DNA of 64,000 nt. It comes from Lytechinus pictus (taxonomy: Eukaryota). The position numbers and the translations under genes are program-made. The stretch's first letter is position 1. Each line of letters begins with the position of its first letter. The stretch is from the NCBI RefSeq assembly GCF_037042905.1, contig NW_026974141.1, forward strand, positions 2,294,001 to 2,358,000, given 5' to 3'. The notes under the pieces were generated by a model. It was not told the origin of the DNA. It worked only from the letters and a program-made list of their open reading frames with translations, and searched no databases. Of this stretch, positions 39,401 to 53,200 are shown piece after piece.

Positions 39401-42400
39401 TTTTTCTAGATTGGTATCTATATCAAATGCGAAGACATTTCACACATGTATATTGAACAAATATGTACGACCACCAGAGGAGGTGGTTGGAACTATAGTT
39501 CCTGAAGTGACGCTGGAATGCCACTATTTTCCTGAGGGGCACAGCCCGATGGAAAATGGTCGCATTCGTATCACTGAGGGGATCATAGTTTCACCAAACC
39601 TCTGATTGAAGGCCGTAAATATTTGATTTACATCCGTCATCAGAATTAAATACATCAGATAGGAATGTAGATATAACTGAATGAATAGTAATCTTTGAGA
39701 GAGAATTCATCAATTCTTTTTATTAGCTTTGGTGAGGCCTTTGGCTTGATCACATACGTGCATTGTACATGCATATGAGTTTGAGTTAAGCCCCGCCCAC
39801 CCGTAAATAGTTTTTGAACTATTTACGTCTGACGTCACGGCTCAGGTACTTTTCCCGGGTTGTGACGTCAGATGCCGGGATTTATGGCATTTTTGTCAAT
39901 TTCGTGACATTGGCTGGAACTATCTTTGGTCACATGACAGGGTTTAGACTAATCATCAGTCTTGATTATTATTATGACGGATATAATATTTTATAACCAA
40001 ATGAGCTATAGAAAGAGGACTACCTTGTATCCCAATGCTTTGAGTTCAGCTGGGTTGCATGGGAAAAGATCAAGGTATCTATATCTGTCAACCAAGAGGC
40101 TCGTCTCGCGATCTTTGTAATCTGTCTTGAAGATGGTCTGCCGTCTCTTCTCCACCTTGATAATACTCGCTAGATCTCCCGATGTCGACTCAAAATCTTC
40201 AAATCGTAACCAGATCTCTCTGTGTAGAAATGATAAAAGAGTTTGAATGTTTCACAAAGACTGGCTTTTCCTTTCAATTAAAAAGAAATAAAATATATAA
40301 CTTCTGAAGGTTTCCATGGCGAAGAAGAATAGTGTAGTAGGTTTCACGGTACACCATGTATCTTTCTTGGGCAGATGTTGGTCCTGAAAAGGACCACCCA
40401 ATCTCGACGTTTCTTCGACAAGTGTGTTCTTTCGCTGATGTGGTTTACGGTACACCATGTGAAGTGTTATAGAAACAGTGGATAGGAGAAGAGAAGAAAT
40501 GGATAGGCGAGAAAGTGGAGATTTGAGAGTAGAGTATTCTTTCTTGAAAAGTAGTCCTGAAAAGGACTGTAAACCAGGAAAGATTGATGAGTTGAGAACA
40601 GCTTGAGTAGTAGAGCTAGTGAGGAGATGCTGGCTTGAGTCGGCGAGTAGAGATGATGAGTAGTAGAGAGACTCGACGTTTCGGGCAGGTTGACTGTCCG
40701 TCTTCAGGAGACGGACACTCCTGAAGACGGACAGTCAACCTGCCCGAAACGTCGAGTCTCTCTACTACTCATCATCTCTACTCGCCGACTCAAGCCAGCA
40801 TCTCCTCACTAGCTCTACTACTCAAGCTGTTCTCAACTCATCAATCTTTCCTGGTTTACAGTCCTTTTCAGGACTACTTTTCAAGAAAGAATACTCTACT
40901 CTCAAATCTCCACTTTCTCGCCTATCCATTTCTTCTCTTCTCCTATCCAATGTTTCTATAACACTTCACATGGTGTACCGTAAACCACATCAGCGATTGT
41001 ACATACCACCATGCAAACCTTCAAACAACATCCAAGTGTGTTCTTGTCGTCCTCAGGAGAATGAGCAAAGTTTGTAGAAGCAGGCCTTATATACTCTGTC
41101 GAAGTGCTGTATGCACGGTATCTTGCAGGGTACATGTCTCTGATTGGCTAGATTGGTCACATGACATCCACATATGCGGACGTGGGTGACAACACACAAA
41201 TTGGGCGCGCAAAACCAGCGACGACCGGAAATGCTGTCAGTTATCATTCCTGCTAGGATTAGCATGAATGACAATGGCAGTGCTCACACGTGTGTGGAAC
41301 ATCCGGGTAGGCTAATTAGGCAAATTAGCCTCTTTGTCTAGAACGGTAAGCCAGATATTGCCGAGTTGGAGGCCGCTGTCTTGAGGAACAGTGTTATGTT
41401 CCTCAATCTCCAACGCTTCTCTGACTCTCCGCTGATGCCAGTAGGGGACACGGGTGACCAGTCTACTCTCATCCCAAAGAATCCGGTGATCATGCGTATG
41501 GGCATGATCGATGATTGCAGATTTTTCCCTCTCGTCTCTCCTACCATGGGCCTTGTGTTCCTTAATCCGAGTGTTGAAGGAACGACCCGTCTCTCCGATG
41601 TAAACTTTACCGCATTCACAAGGAATTTGGTAAACTCCAGGGAGGTCCTTGGAGTTGCGCTTGTCCTTATGGGTAGTGAGGGCAGATTGAAGCTTATTTG
41701 AGGAACTATGACGAACCTCAATGTCGGCTTCTCTCAAAATCCTCTGAATTTTGTGAGAGGCTGCTCCCAGATATGGAAGAACGACTCTCGCCTTGGGTTG
41801 TCCTACATGAGGGTTCCGCGAGGGGGGAAGCTCAGTGCAGATCTTATGTGAGGGGTAGTTGTTACATTTCAAAACACGTTTGATATGCTCAAGCTCACCT
41901 CTCAGGTGGATCTGGTCACTAACCTCATGGGCTCGTTTGACTAATGTCTTGTTGATGGATCTCAGCACTGATGGGTGGTGGAATGAACGATAGTTCAAGT
42001 ACCGATCAGTGTGAGTAGGTTTCCGATAAACCTGATGGGATAGGGATCCCTGTGCCATCCTCGTAATCTTTGTATCAAGAAAGGGGATAGACCCCGGGGG
42101 GGGCACTCAGTATATAATGCATAGTGGGTATGTGCCGCGGAGGGGACCCCCATTTTTACACTCAAATTTCCGTTCCGAGGCATAGCATTTTTGTCTTATT
42201 GAGAAAAAGAACAAAGAAAGCCGCTCCAGAGCATAGCACTTTCTTCTTCTCGAGAAAAAAGAAAAAAAAAATCCGCTCCAGGGCTTTGCATATTTTCCGT
42301 TACGCCGTTCCGGTCGCAATTTTGGTGAAAAGCGGCCGCAGCTCGCTGTCCGACCATCGCCTCTGCGCTAGCGCGCCCGTCAGTCGTGCCGCCGAGCTAG

Positions 42401-45400
42401 CTGCAAATACGTTCCATAGGGATGCATACGCACTCGCACGCAGGCGACCCGTTCCAAGGACCCCCGTTTTCACAAACATTTGTAGTTCCGAAGCCCGTTC
42501 CGAGGACCCTCCTTTTTACAATGAGCCCGCTCCAAGGCCCCCGTTTTTTGTCTCGCCCGCGGCACACCCCTACCACTTTTTTGGTCGAGTGCCCCCCCCG
42601 GGGGATAGACCCTTCATTCTCCATTTCCATGGTGAACTTGATACACTCGTGTTGAGAGTTGAGGTGCTGTAAGAAATTGCTAGTTTCCTCAGCACTGTGT
42701 TGCCAAACCACAAAAGTGTCGTCCACATATCTAAGCCACACTTTGGGTTTGTGGGTTGCTGACTGGAGAGCCGTCTCCTCGAAATGTTCCATGAACATGT
42801 TGGCTACCACTGGGGACAGGGGAGACCCCATGGCAGCCCCTTCCGTTTGCCTGTAGAATGTGTCTCTCCATCTGAAAGAGGTGGAATTGAGGCACATCTC
42901 AAGCAGGTCATGGATCTCTAGAGGGGACAACTGTGTCCTGTCAGGGAGAGCTCTGTCAAATTTCAATCTCTCAAGGATGATGGCGCAAGCATCCTTAACT
43001 GGTACACTTGTGAACAATGACTCAACATCAAAGCTGATGAGGAGGTCATTGTTAGAGACGTTCATCTGACAGATCTGCTCAACGAAATGTTTAGAGTTTC
43101 TCACGTGATGCACGCCCTGACCAACAAGAGGCTGTAAGATGTTAGTCAAATGCTGAGCCAGTGCGTATGTGGGAGATCCTCTAGTAGACACAATAGGTCT
43201 GAGTGGAGTGTCTGGTTTATGAATCTTCGGTTGCCCAAAGATTATGGGACATAGACCAGACGAGCTCCGGAGTTGTTGGTAAAGGGGTCTAGACAAGACA
43301 TCCTTCCTCTGGAGAGAGAGGAGCTAAATAAAATATAATTTGTAAACAATTTTTTTTTTGCATTACTCCTATGTGTTTAAGATCGCATGCTCAATCTGTA
43401 ATGGAACCAGTAGGATTCGAACCTGCCATCTACTGCTTTCCGGGCAGCGACTTAACCACCAGGCTATTCTGGTTCACAGCTAAATCACGATGAACTGGAA
43501 TTCAAATACCCTCGATCCTCTTCTTTCTGACTCATTAATATGCAAATGCAGTCCACCGTGGACAATAGATGGTAAATAAATAAAGAGGCTTTAATAGGAG
43601 TAAATTATAATTTGTGAACAAATTTTTTCGGCATTACTCCTATGTGTTTAAGATCGCATGCTCGATCTGTAATGAAAATCATAAGTCAGAAAAAATTATT
43701 TAAAAAAAATTATAATTTCCTCCTATTAAAGCCTTTTTATTTATTTACTAAATAAAATACAGATTCTCACAAATTCGATAGGTGGTTTGTATGGCGTTTC
43801 ATCATATTACTTCATCTGACAACTCTCCTTGATTATGATTGACTGAGAGGTACAGGTATCTGACTGTCTCTATGGTAATTATCAGGGTCCCGTAACACAA
43901 AGGATATCGATTAATTGTACACTTGACTTTCACCTTTGATCGTACATTGTAGTCAATGCAATCAATCATAGAAAGATGTTGTACGATCTTTGCTAAGCTG
44001 ACACGGGCCACAGAATAACAAATACTATGTCAAATAAAACATCCAACAAGTCCTTTCATAAAACACTCCCCTGCTATTGCTATGCAACAGATAACCAGAT
44101 AAGATCATTCAGCACTTAAGTAAACAACATTTAAGCACAGGATAAGTAGTTCATTGAATTATTCCTGATACAAGCCAAATGCAAAAAAATATACATTTTC
44201 ATGTTTACAAATACAATAACCATATTTAGTGACTTGCACTATCTGTCAAACCCAAACAAACACATTTTCATATTGACAATGACTTAATTTTTGCTGACTT
44301 ACCCAGACTGCTCTTGAGGAAGGCTTCCCGATGTAAGAACTCTCTCAAACAGAACCCTTGTATTATTATCCTCTGGAAAATTAAAAATCAAACAGAAACG
44401 ATTCCATCAAATAATCCACCTTTCTAAATCCAATCCATAGTTCGATTCATTTTAAATTGATTCAAGATTTACTTCATCTGAACTAGAATAGAAAACTAAG
44501 GCAATCATTTAAGATAGGTCCTGGATCCATGAACCGATATGGAACTGTGAAGTTGGCATCTGGGCAATTCCTTGATGTAGGTACGTTTGATCAACTTCAA
44601 GGTTAAGTCCACCCCAGAAAACAGTTGATTTAAATAAATAGAGAAAAATCAAACATGAATAACGCTGAAAACTTAACCAAAATTGGATGTAAAATAAAAA
44701 AATTATGACATTTTAAAAGTTTCGCTTATTTTTCCCAAAACAGTTCTATGCTCAACTCAGTGATATGCAAATGAGTCGATGATGTCACTCTCTCACTATT
44801 TCTTTTGTTTTTTATTGTTTGAATTATATAATATTTCAATTTTTTACGAATTTGACAATTAGGACCTCCTTGCCTGAACCACAAAATAATGGAATTCCAC
44901 GTGTTCAGGGAGGAATGAAACTTTGTTTCACATGACAATGATGAGAAAATCAAAATATTTCATATTTCATATAATAAAATACAAAAGAAATAGTGAGTTG
45001 GTGATGTAATTGGTCCCCTCATTTGCATACCAAACTGGATGTGCATATCACTGTTTTGTGAAATTAAGCGAAACTTTAAAATGCCATAACTTTCTTATTT
45101 TACATCCGATTTTGATGAAATTTTCAGTGTTATGCTTGTTTGAATTTTCTCTTTCTATTCAAATCAGCTTTTTCTTGGGGTGGACTTGTCCTTTAATGTG
45201 GGGCAGTGGGACTTTCCTGGAATGGTTTGTTTGGTTTCCAAGGTCATATAAAAAAGTTGTAATGCTCTCAAATTATGATGGCTGAAGTGCATTTGTGAAG
45301 TGAAGTAGAGACAGGCGTACAAAAAGGTTGAATAATTCAAGGAGATTGTCCATCCATCCACTTGGCACTTACCATTGAGATGTGAAAGGTAGTCTACATA

Positions 45401-47262
45401 GGCTAGGATGTACTCTGGAACATTGCCATACTTCTTTAGACCCAACTCAAAGATCTTGAAAGCTACTTGTGAGTCCTGGAAGGTGTAAAATGCAAAAATA
45501 AAGAAATATTTCAATAAATTTTGTAACGTGTAAATCGGGATTAGACCAATTTCATACACACCGGGGGAGCATTTCATGAAAGGACTTGTGGACATCTTTT
45601 CCAACAAGTCCCATTTTATATGACAGTTACCATAGTAACACTGCTTCTCAGCCAATCAAAATCAAGGAAAGTTGTCAGATCTGGCAACTTGTCAGACAAA
45701 AATGTTGATGAAAAGCTTCCCAGGACCCTTCTTACAAAAAGTTGCCATTCATTCATATCAAATTCAAATTGTAATTGATCTGAATTTGTTTCACGAAGAG
45801 AAAGAGATTTTCGATCAAATAAAATTTAACGATTTGAAACCGTTGCAACTCTTTGCAAAACAGGGCCTAGGATGCCTGATAATAACACGATCTCCACATC
45901 ATTCTAACAATATTTCATTCTTTCTTTCAGTACTTTATTTCATTGCAATCATGGGTGCCAATCAAAATATGGTTCAGGGGAGCATTTGATGAAGACTTTT
46001 GTTACTGATTTTCACCAGCAGATGTTATAAGCTACTTAAATCCTTGTTTCTGATTGGCTAAAAACAAATTTGTCAGTGAAAATTACTGGCAAGATGCTTT
46101 ATGAAACACTCTCTCTGAAATACTCAAAATGCTTTGGCAACTTCATCATATAAATGTCATTTGGTTATGAAATGTAAATGCCAGTTGGGATGATGATTCA
46201 ATGAATAAAAACTACATCTTGGTAGGATACATAAATACTTTTTTTTTAATCACGGGGAATAACATCCCTGACTATAATCGGGTGGCAACCAGGGCAGAGA
46301 CTCACCTTGCTACAGTAGTATTCCATGAGAGCTGCAGCCACAAAGACATGATACTTGCTCCTTGGATCCTCTCTAGCTTTCTTGAATACCGTCCTTGCTG
46401 CCTTGATGCCCTCCGCTCGTCTGGCAAACTTCATATACTGCACATATACCTGCATTAAAGACGTTAGGAAACACCAAGTAGTTTACTACACTTGCGTCTG
46501 TAAACTGTTCTGTTGTTATCACCCATGTTTGCTTGTGTGAAATTGATGCATGTACATTGGGAAGTTAAAAGAACATTCATCACAAAACACACAATAAAAC
46601 ATTACCATCACATACTTGACAAGAGTGTTGCTAAGGCGAGCACATAATACACCCGCCTGTAAGGTGGAAAATGGAGCTATTGGTCAAGCAAGAAAAGTGG
46701 AAGGTAGCGACTTCACCTTTGACCTTCTGACCTCAAAATCAATAGAATTGCTGAGATCAATGCTAGTATCATACACACCAAATCATATGAGCCTAGGTTA
46801 AGTTAAACTGAAGTTATCTGGTTTAAAAGGACTGCAGAAGGGTATTGATGAAAACATGTCAGTGTGAACTTGACCTTTGACCTTTGGACCTCAACATCGA
46901 TAGGCTTCCTGGGATCCATGCTAGTATCATACACACCAAATTATATGAGCCTAGGTTAAGTCAAACAGAAGTTATCACGTTTACAAGGAAAAGTTAACGG
47001 ACAGACACCGAGCGTGATACCATAATACGTCCTGTCTTGGACGGGTGTATTACAACACTTGAGCATAGAGGGAGATACAGTTGGTGTCATCACTTATAGC
47101 ATGTAAGATGCAGGCACACAAAGAGTTCATTTCAAAGAATAATCATTCAAATCAATCCTCCAAAACATGACAAATAGCCCTTGTAAATTACCAATGGGTA
47201 CTATGCAAAAAAAGAAAAATAGCTCCTCAAAAGTATTCATTTTTCCCTGCCGCCCCCCCCCC

Positions 47263-47296
<34 letters not shown>

Positions 47297-50200
47297 TTAC
47301 TTACCAGAGTTGGGTCAACATCCTCCTGTGCTAACATCCTTGAGTAGATATTATGAACCTTCTCGTACTTCATCCTCCCCTGTAAAAAAGCATGAGAGAT
47401 TAGATTATAAAATTGGCAACCACTTCAGGCTTGTCCCAACAAATTCAAATCTGAATTAATTTCCAACAAAAAATACAAAGTCACGACTTAGAATGGTTGC
47501 AAGTGTATACACAAAGATTATCATTTCAATTTCATTAACAAGTATAAAACTATGTCATGAACAAATGTCTCTAGATATTATATTATCATGTGTATTCACA
47601 TTATTTGACTTCCTTTAACCTTCCATGCCATTGTACATGGCAGAATATAATCAGAGGTTCTGAGTAAAATGGTAGGTTTGGAGGTGTTTGTTCGGTGACA
47701 CGGCATTTGCTCCTGCGACATTTGCTCCGGTCTTAACATCTCAGAGGGCATAGGTTTAGAGTTAGGATTGTAATAGAGTCTTTGGTTCAGAATAATATTA
47801 ACACGAGGATTAGGATTTATTTAGTTTGGGAGGTAAGATTTTATGTTTGGCTTAATGTGCAGATTTTCCATCGGAGCAATTGTCGCCGGAGCAAATGTCA
47901 TGGAACCATTTGTTTATACCCCTCCTTTAAAAAAAACCCCCAGCATTAAGGTTAAAATAAATTTATCAATATCCAATAGAAAACATGAAACTGATATTTG
48001 CAGTCCCAACCCCATCCCACCACCTTGGCCCGTATTCTGAAGTAGGGTTTAACTTAAACTCAGGTTTAAAGTTGTGGTTAAGTATGGATAGTCAAGTGTT
48101 ACTTAAATTACTAACAGCAGAGATATCATATTTCAGCTCATTTGGCTCTCAAATCATTTCATAATTGTCTAGGAAGTATAAATAGATGATTGTCTTCACC
48201 ATTGAAGAATCAAGAAAGAGCACAGTAAACATAAGAAACACACAACTTAATCAACATTATGACACTTTTGGCTTCCCATAATTTAGGAAACAGTTAGACC
48301 ATGGTCTAAGTTAAACCTGACTTCAGAAAACGGGCCATGGAGTTCAACTTGCCTCTTCAAAGTCAGCATAAGCAAAATATATCAGGTAGTTTTTCTTCAT
48401 AAATGTTGAGATGGCTCTTTCGTAGACTGCAGCTGCTTCATCACTGTACACCTTTCCACTGTTCATGTCCTTAACAATAAAACATGGAATAATGATTAAT
48501 AATGAAATAAATAAATCATAAATTCATCTGTACCAGTATCTACAAATGAGACCTCAGAGCTTAAACTCACAATAATTCAGCCAAAATAATTTTTTTGACA
48601 ATATAGATAGTTTAAATTAAAGTGTGTTTGCTTTCATTGATTTCATTGTCTAAATCATGTTCCTTTGCTAAAACTTGATCTTTTATAATTTTGCTGATAT
48701 GGTTTTTGCAAATATTTATATACTGCAAATTTGATTTCTCTGCAATTTAAGTTTGTTGCCCCCCTGCATGTAATTTATTAGTTAGAGGCCAGGGGCGGTA
48801 TTCTGAAAACGTTCTTATCTTAATTTTGTTCTTATCTACGTCACGTTCTAAAATTGGTATTCTGAAAACGTTCTTATCTTTTTCTTATCTTTTGTTCTTA
48901 TCTTTTTCTTATCTTGCTTTCCATTGAAGCTGAGCGCGTAAATTTATAATTCGCGCATATGATACAAAAGCGCGCTAAAAGATAAGAACAAAATAAAGAT
49001 AAGTGGTATTCTGAAAACGTTCTTATCTTTTTCTTATCTTTTGTTCTTATCTTTTTCTTATCTTGCTTTCCATCGAAGCTGAGCGTGTAAATTTATAATT
49101 CGCGCATATGATACAAAAGCGCGCTAAAAGATAAGAACAAAATAAAGATAAGTGGTATTCTGAAAACGTTCTTATCTTTTTTCTTTCTTATCTATTTACG
49201 ATATTTATGATAATATTTAAGATAGCTAGAGGGTTATTACATCTTACGCTGTCCGCCTTCTTTCTTGCTAAAAATCGATGGCCACTGGTAGTAACAAGTA
49301 TTCCTCCCACCCTTTCTTTCATTCACCCTTTATTTTGCCTGTCTCTTTTTTCTATCCCTTTTTTCTTTCTTTCGTCCTTCCTTTCGTTCTGTCTTTCTTT
49401 ATTTCATTTAGGCCTATTAATTTTCACTTTTTCTTCCTTTCTATCTGTTTGTCTTTTTTCCTTTCTTTCATTCTTCATTTTGTTTTCTTTTTTTGAATCT
49501 TTTAACTTCTTCCTTATTTTTCTTTTGCGTTATTTTATTTATTCTTTCTTTTTCTTTTTTTTAATTGAATTTATTTCCGTTAAAAACCAATAACATAAAT
49601 ACATATAAAATGACACATGTGAATTGATAAATGAAAAACGGGAGGATGGCCTTGCTCAGCAGCATCAATCATGGTGCTGCTGGTCTACCGAGGGGTCCTT
49701 CCTTTTTTATTTTCCCTTTTCGATTTTTTCCTTTTTTTCTTTACTAAGTTTTTTTTTTCTTTCCCCATTTTCTCTCTTTCTTTCTGTTTTTCTTTTCCTT
49801 TCTTCCTTCACTTTATTTATTTTTTGTAATCTTTTTATTTCTTCATTTTTTAGGGTAAATTATATTTCATTTTTTTCTTTATTCTTTCCATTAATCTTTC
49901 TTCGTTTTTTTTTTCATTCATTCTTCATTTTTCCTGCCTTGTTATTTTCCTTTTTTTTCTTTCTTTCTTTGAATTTACCTTTCTTTTTATCTTTATTTAG
50001 TTTTCAATTTTGCTTTACTTTTCATTTCATCTTTTATCTCCCCTCTCTTATCTCTTTCTTTCTCTCCCTCTCTTTCTTTATTTCTTTGTTTCATTTTCCC
50101 TTTTTCTCTCTTCCTTCACTTTTTACATATTTTTATTCTTTCCTTTTTTTGCTTTCTTTCATTCGTTTTTTCTAACTTTTTTTGGTTCTTTATTCCTTCA

Positions 50201-53200
50201 TTTTATCCTTTTTAATCTTTTTATTTTGTACTTTTTCGTTTTTTCCCTTTAAGTTTTTTTTTCCTTTTCCTTCGTTATTTTTCCTTCAATGTTTTATTCC
50301 TCTTTTTATCATTGATTATCATTCTATCTATTCCTCCTTTTTCTTTCTTGTATTCTTTCCTTTTTTATTTCTTTTCATTTTTTAAAATTTTCTTTTAAGT
50401 TCCTTTTGCTTGCTTTCTTTCGTTTACCTTTTCTTTCTTTCATTGTTTTCTGCATTGATCATTTTATTTTTTTAATTTCTGTTTCATTCTGACCCTTTTC
50501 TGTCTTTTTACTTACCTACTTACTTTACTTCTTTCTTCCTGTTTTATTCTTATTCGTAACTGCTTTCTTTACCTTTTTTCTTTAATTTCTTTCTTTCTTT
50601 ATTTTGTGCACATGTCTCGAAATAATAATCACTCATTGCGTATAAAATGCCTATTTCGCACAGTGCGCAAGAAACAGTGCACGCGCAGCGCCCATCATAT
50701 TCTCTTCACATAAGGAACGCTTTTATTGGTTAAACTGCCAATATAAAGCGCATTTTGATTGGTAATATCTTAAAAATGGGCGTGTTGAAGATAAGAAGGA
50801 GGCAGTCCTTACAGAGATAAGAACGCGTTAAGAAGATTTTCAGAATACCGATTTGCAATGATTTTAGCGTCTTCTTATCTCATTGAGATAAGAACAAAGA
50901 TAAGAACAAAGATAAGAACAAAGATAAGAACAAAGATAAGAACGTTGTCAGAATACCACCCCTGGGCTGATTCATTATGTGGGCACATCGTGGTCTAGTG
51001 GTTCTGACTCTCGCCTTTCAAACAGAGGGTCGTAGGTTCAAATCCTAGCCATGATGTGTTTTCCTTCAGCAAGAAATTTATCCTATGCTACACTCGACCC
51101 AGGTGAATGGGTACCCGGCAGGATTAATTCCTTGAACGCATGAGTGCTGAAAGGTAGCTCAAGCTAAAACCGGAGTAATAATAATAACAACAATGCGCCT
51201 CGGAATAGATTGTTTCTAGATAGATGGCGCTATACAAATGCCCATTATTATTATGTATACACCTATGTTCCTTTGTTTGATTTTGAATATTGAATACATC
51301 GGTGATTGCAAGTAAATATAGGAGCGCCTTGAGCACCTAGCAAGGTGGATACGTGCGCTTTACAAATCCTATATTATTTATTATTTAAATCATAATATGC
51401 AGTTTGGTTAATGAGCATCATAAAAACACACAATTTATAAATTAGTAATAAAACTAAAAACACAGTTGAAATACACAGAAAAAACTGGAAGGTGTTTTAC
51501 AAAGATTTAAGTATGACTTAAGTCGCACTTAAATGCCGATGCGTACATGATATGCAACGCGCGATCTTATTGATAGATACGCAGTGGTGCGCGTCCTCAT
51601 GACACGATCTGACCGATGAGGTCAAGCCTTTCATACCGTACGCAACTCGGTATTTAAGTGCGACTCTAAGTCATACTTAAATCTTTGTGAAACACCCCCG
51701 GGTCACTAAACACATACCCCTTTCTCTGTGAATATCCTACTAGCGCTTTCCAAATAGAGAGCAAACTCATACCATACATCAGGGTGATGTCCAAGACACA
51801 GGAGACACTGCTCAAAGGCAAACATTACTGGAAAGAACAAAACAAAATTAAAACTTATCAAGAATCAATCGAGGAATTACATGTAAATTTTGATTACTAT
51901 GTTAGCAATTTCCAAAGATTTGCAATTAAATAAGAACCTTTAATCAGTTCTTACATGTATATGTATCTTTGTTAATAAGTCAGACATTAGACTTTGCAAT
52001 ATAATAAGGTATAAGGGTTCAATGGATAAGTGTCCATACTCAAACACTGTCAATGGTTTTGAAACCACTGTAATAATAATACTACAAACTAATTTCAAGT
52101 GTATGAGAAAAGCGCTATTGTAAACTAAAAAGGGTTGCTATGAAAACTCACGTACAACTCATTTCAAGTTTCAAAAGTAAAACTATCATTCCCTATTGAA
52201 ATTCTGTTTTTTATAAAATAAAAAAGTACAAATAATGTAGAGAAAATGAATTTCAAACATTGTGTTCATTAATTTCTAACAGGTCAATAATAACCTTAAG
52301 GCTACAAGGTTCCCATCTGAGAAACATTCATAAATTTTAACCACTATGTAAAAAGTCTAGTTTATTCATAATTTAAAAATGCTCTAAAATATCTACTAAC
52401 CTCTCTTTGTAATAAGCATCTGATCCTCTGTCCTAAGTGGATTCTGTTTCTCCCAATTCACATATTTCTTCCAGAGTTCTATCTGCCTTGCCTCTTCAGC
52501 TGTACCGGTTGGAGGAACGGATGGGTTGTTCCGATTGAGACCCTTTGTGATAGCTTCATACTCCTATAAGGATAATTATTTCAATTTCACTTTAATTCAA
52601 TATATTTCAATACAATTGAATTTCAATTCAATTGCAACTGCATCTTCAGCTGTACCCGTTGGGGGAACTGATGGGTTGTTTCGGTTGAGACCCTTTGTGA
52701 TAGCTTCATACTCCTGTGAGAATAAAGATTTCAATTCTATTCATTTCATTTCAATTTAATTCAATTCATTTCAATTCGATTGTAAGGGCCTATTCAGCTA
52801 CGCAATAAATGGGTTGTTTCAGTTGAGACCCTTTGTGATAGCTTCATACTCCTGTGAGAAGAATAAGGATTCCAATTCACTTCATTTCAATTCAATTGTA
52901 ATTGCCTCTTTAGCTGTACTGGTTGGAAGAACAGATGGTTTGTTTCGGTTGAGACCCTTTGTGATAGCTTCATACTCCTAAGAGGATAATTACTTTAATT
53001 AATTCAATTTCAATTCAATTCAATATATTTCAATACAATTTAATTTCCATTCAATTGCAATTGCATCTTCAGCTGTACCCATTGGGGGAACTGATGGGTT
53101 GTTTCGGTTGAGACCCTTTGTGATAGCTTCATACTCCTGTGAGAAGAAGAATTATTTCAATTAATTCAATTTCAATTTAATTCAATATATTTCAATACAA

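Larger units (their letters stand above)
40432..40996. repeat. 565-bp near-perfect palindrome (279-bp arms, 7-bp spacer)
   Basis: 40432-40710 is the reverse complement of 40718-40996; one mismatch noticed. Confidence 0.95.
40340..43325 (-). mobile_element. 5'-truncated Penelope-like retroelement (RT + GIY-YIG endonuclease) in a CSTF3 intron
   Basis: RT motifs [39 protein letters not shown] (ORF 42397..43296). Endonuclease [24 protein letters not shown] (ORF 41312..42106). Removing the MITE plus one TSD copy restores ...[16 protein letters not shown].... The 3' region carries hammerhead motifs typical of PLE pseudo-LTRs. Confidence 0.93.

Noticed and set aside
42124-42672. 182-aa plus-strand ORF
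   Set aside because: It lies mostly within the GC-rich hAT MITE and antisense to the RT, with no recognisable domain.
49207-50385. Phe/Leu/Ser-rich membrane-protein-like ORFs
   Set aside because: Translations of a T/C-rich low-complexity tract inside a TIR element.
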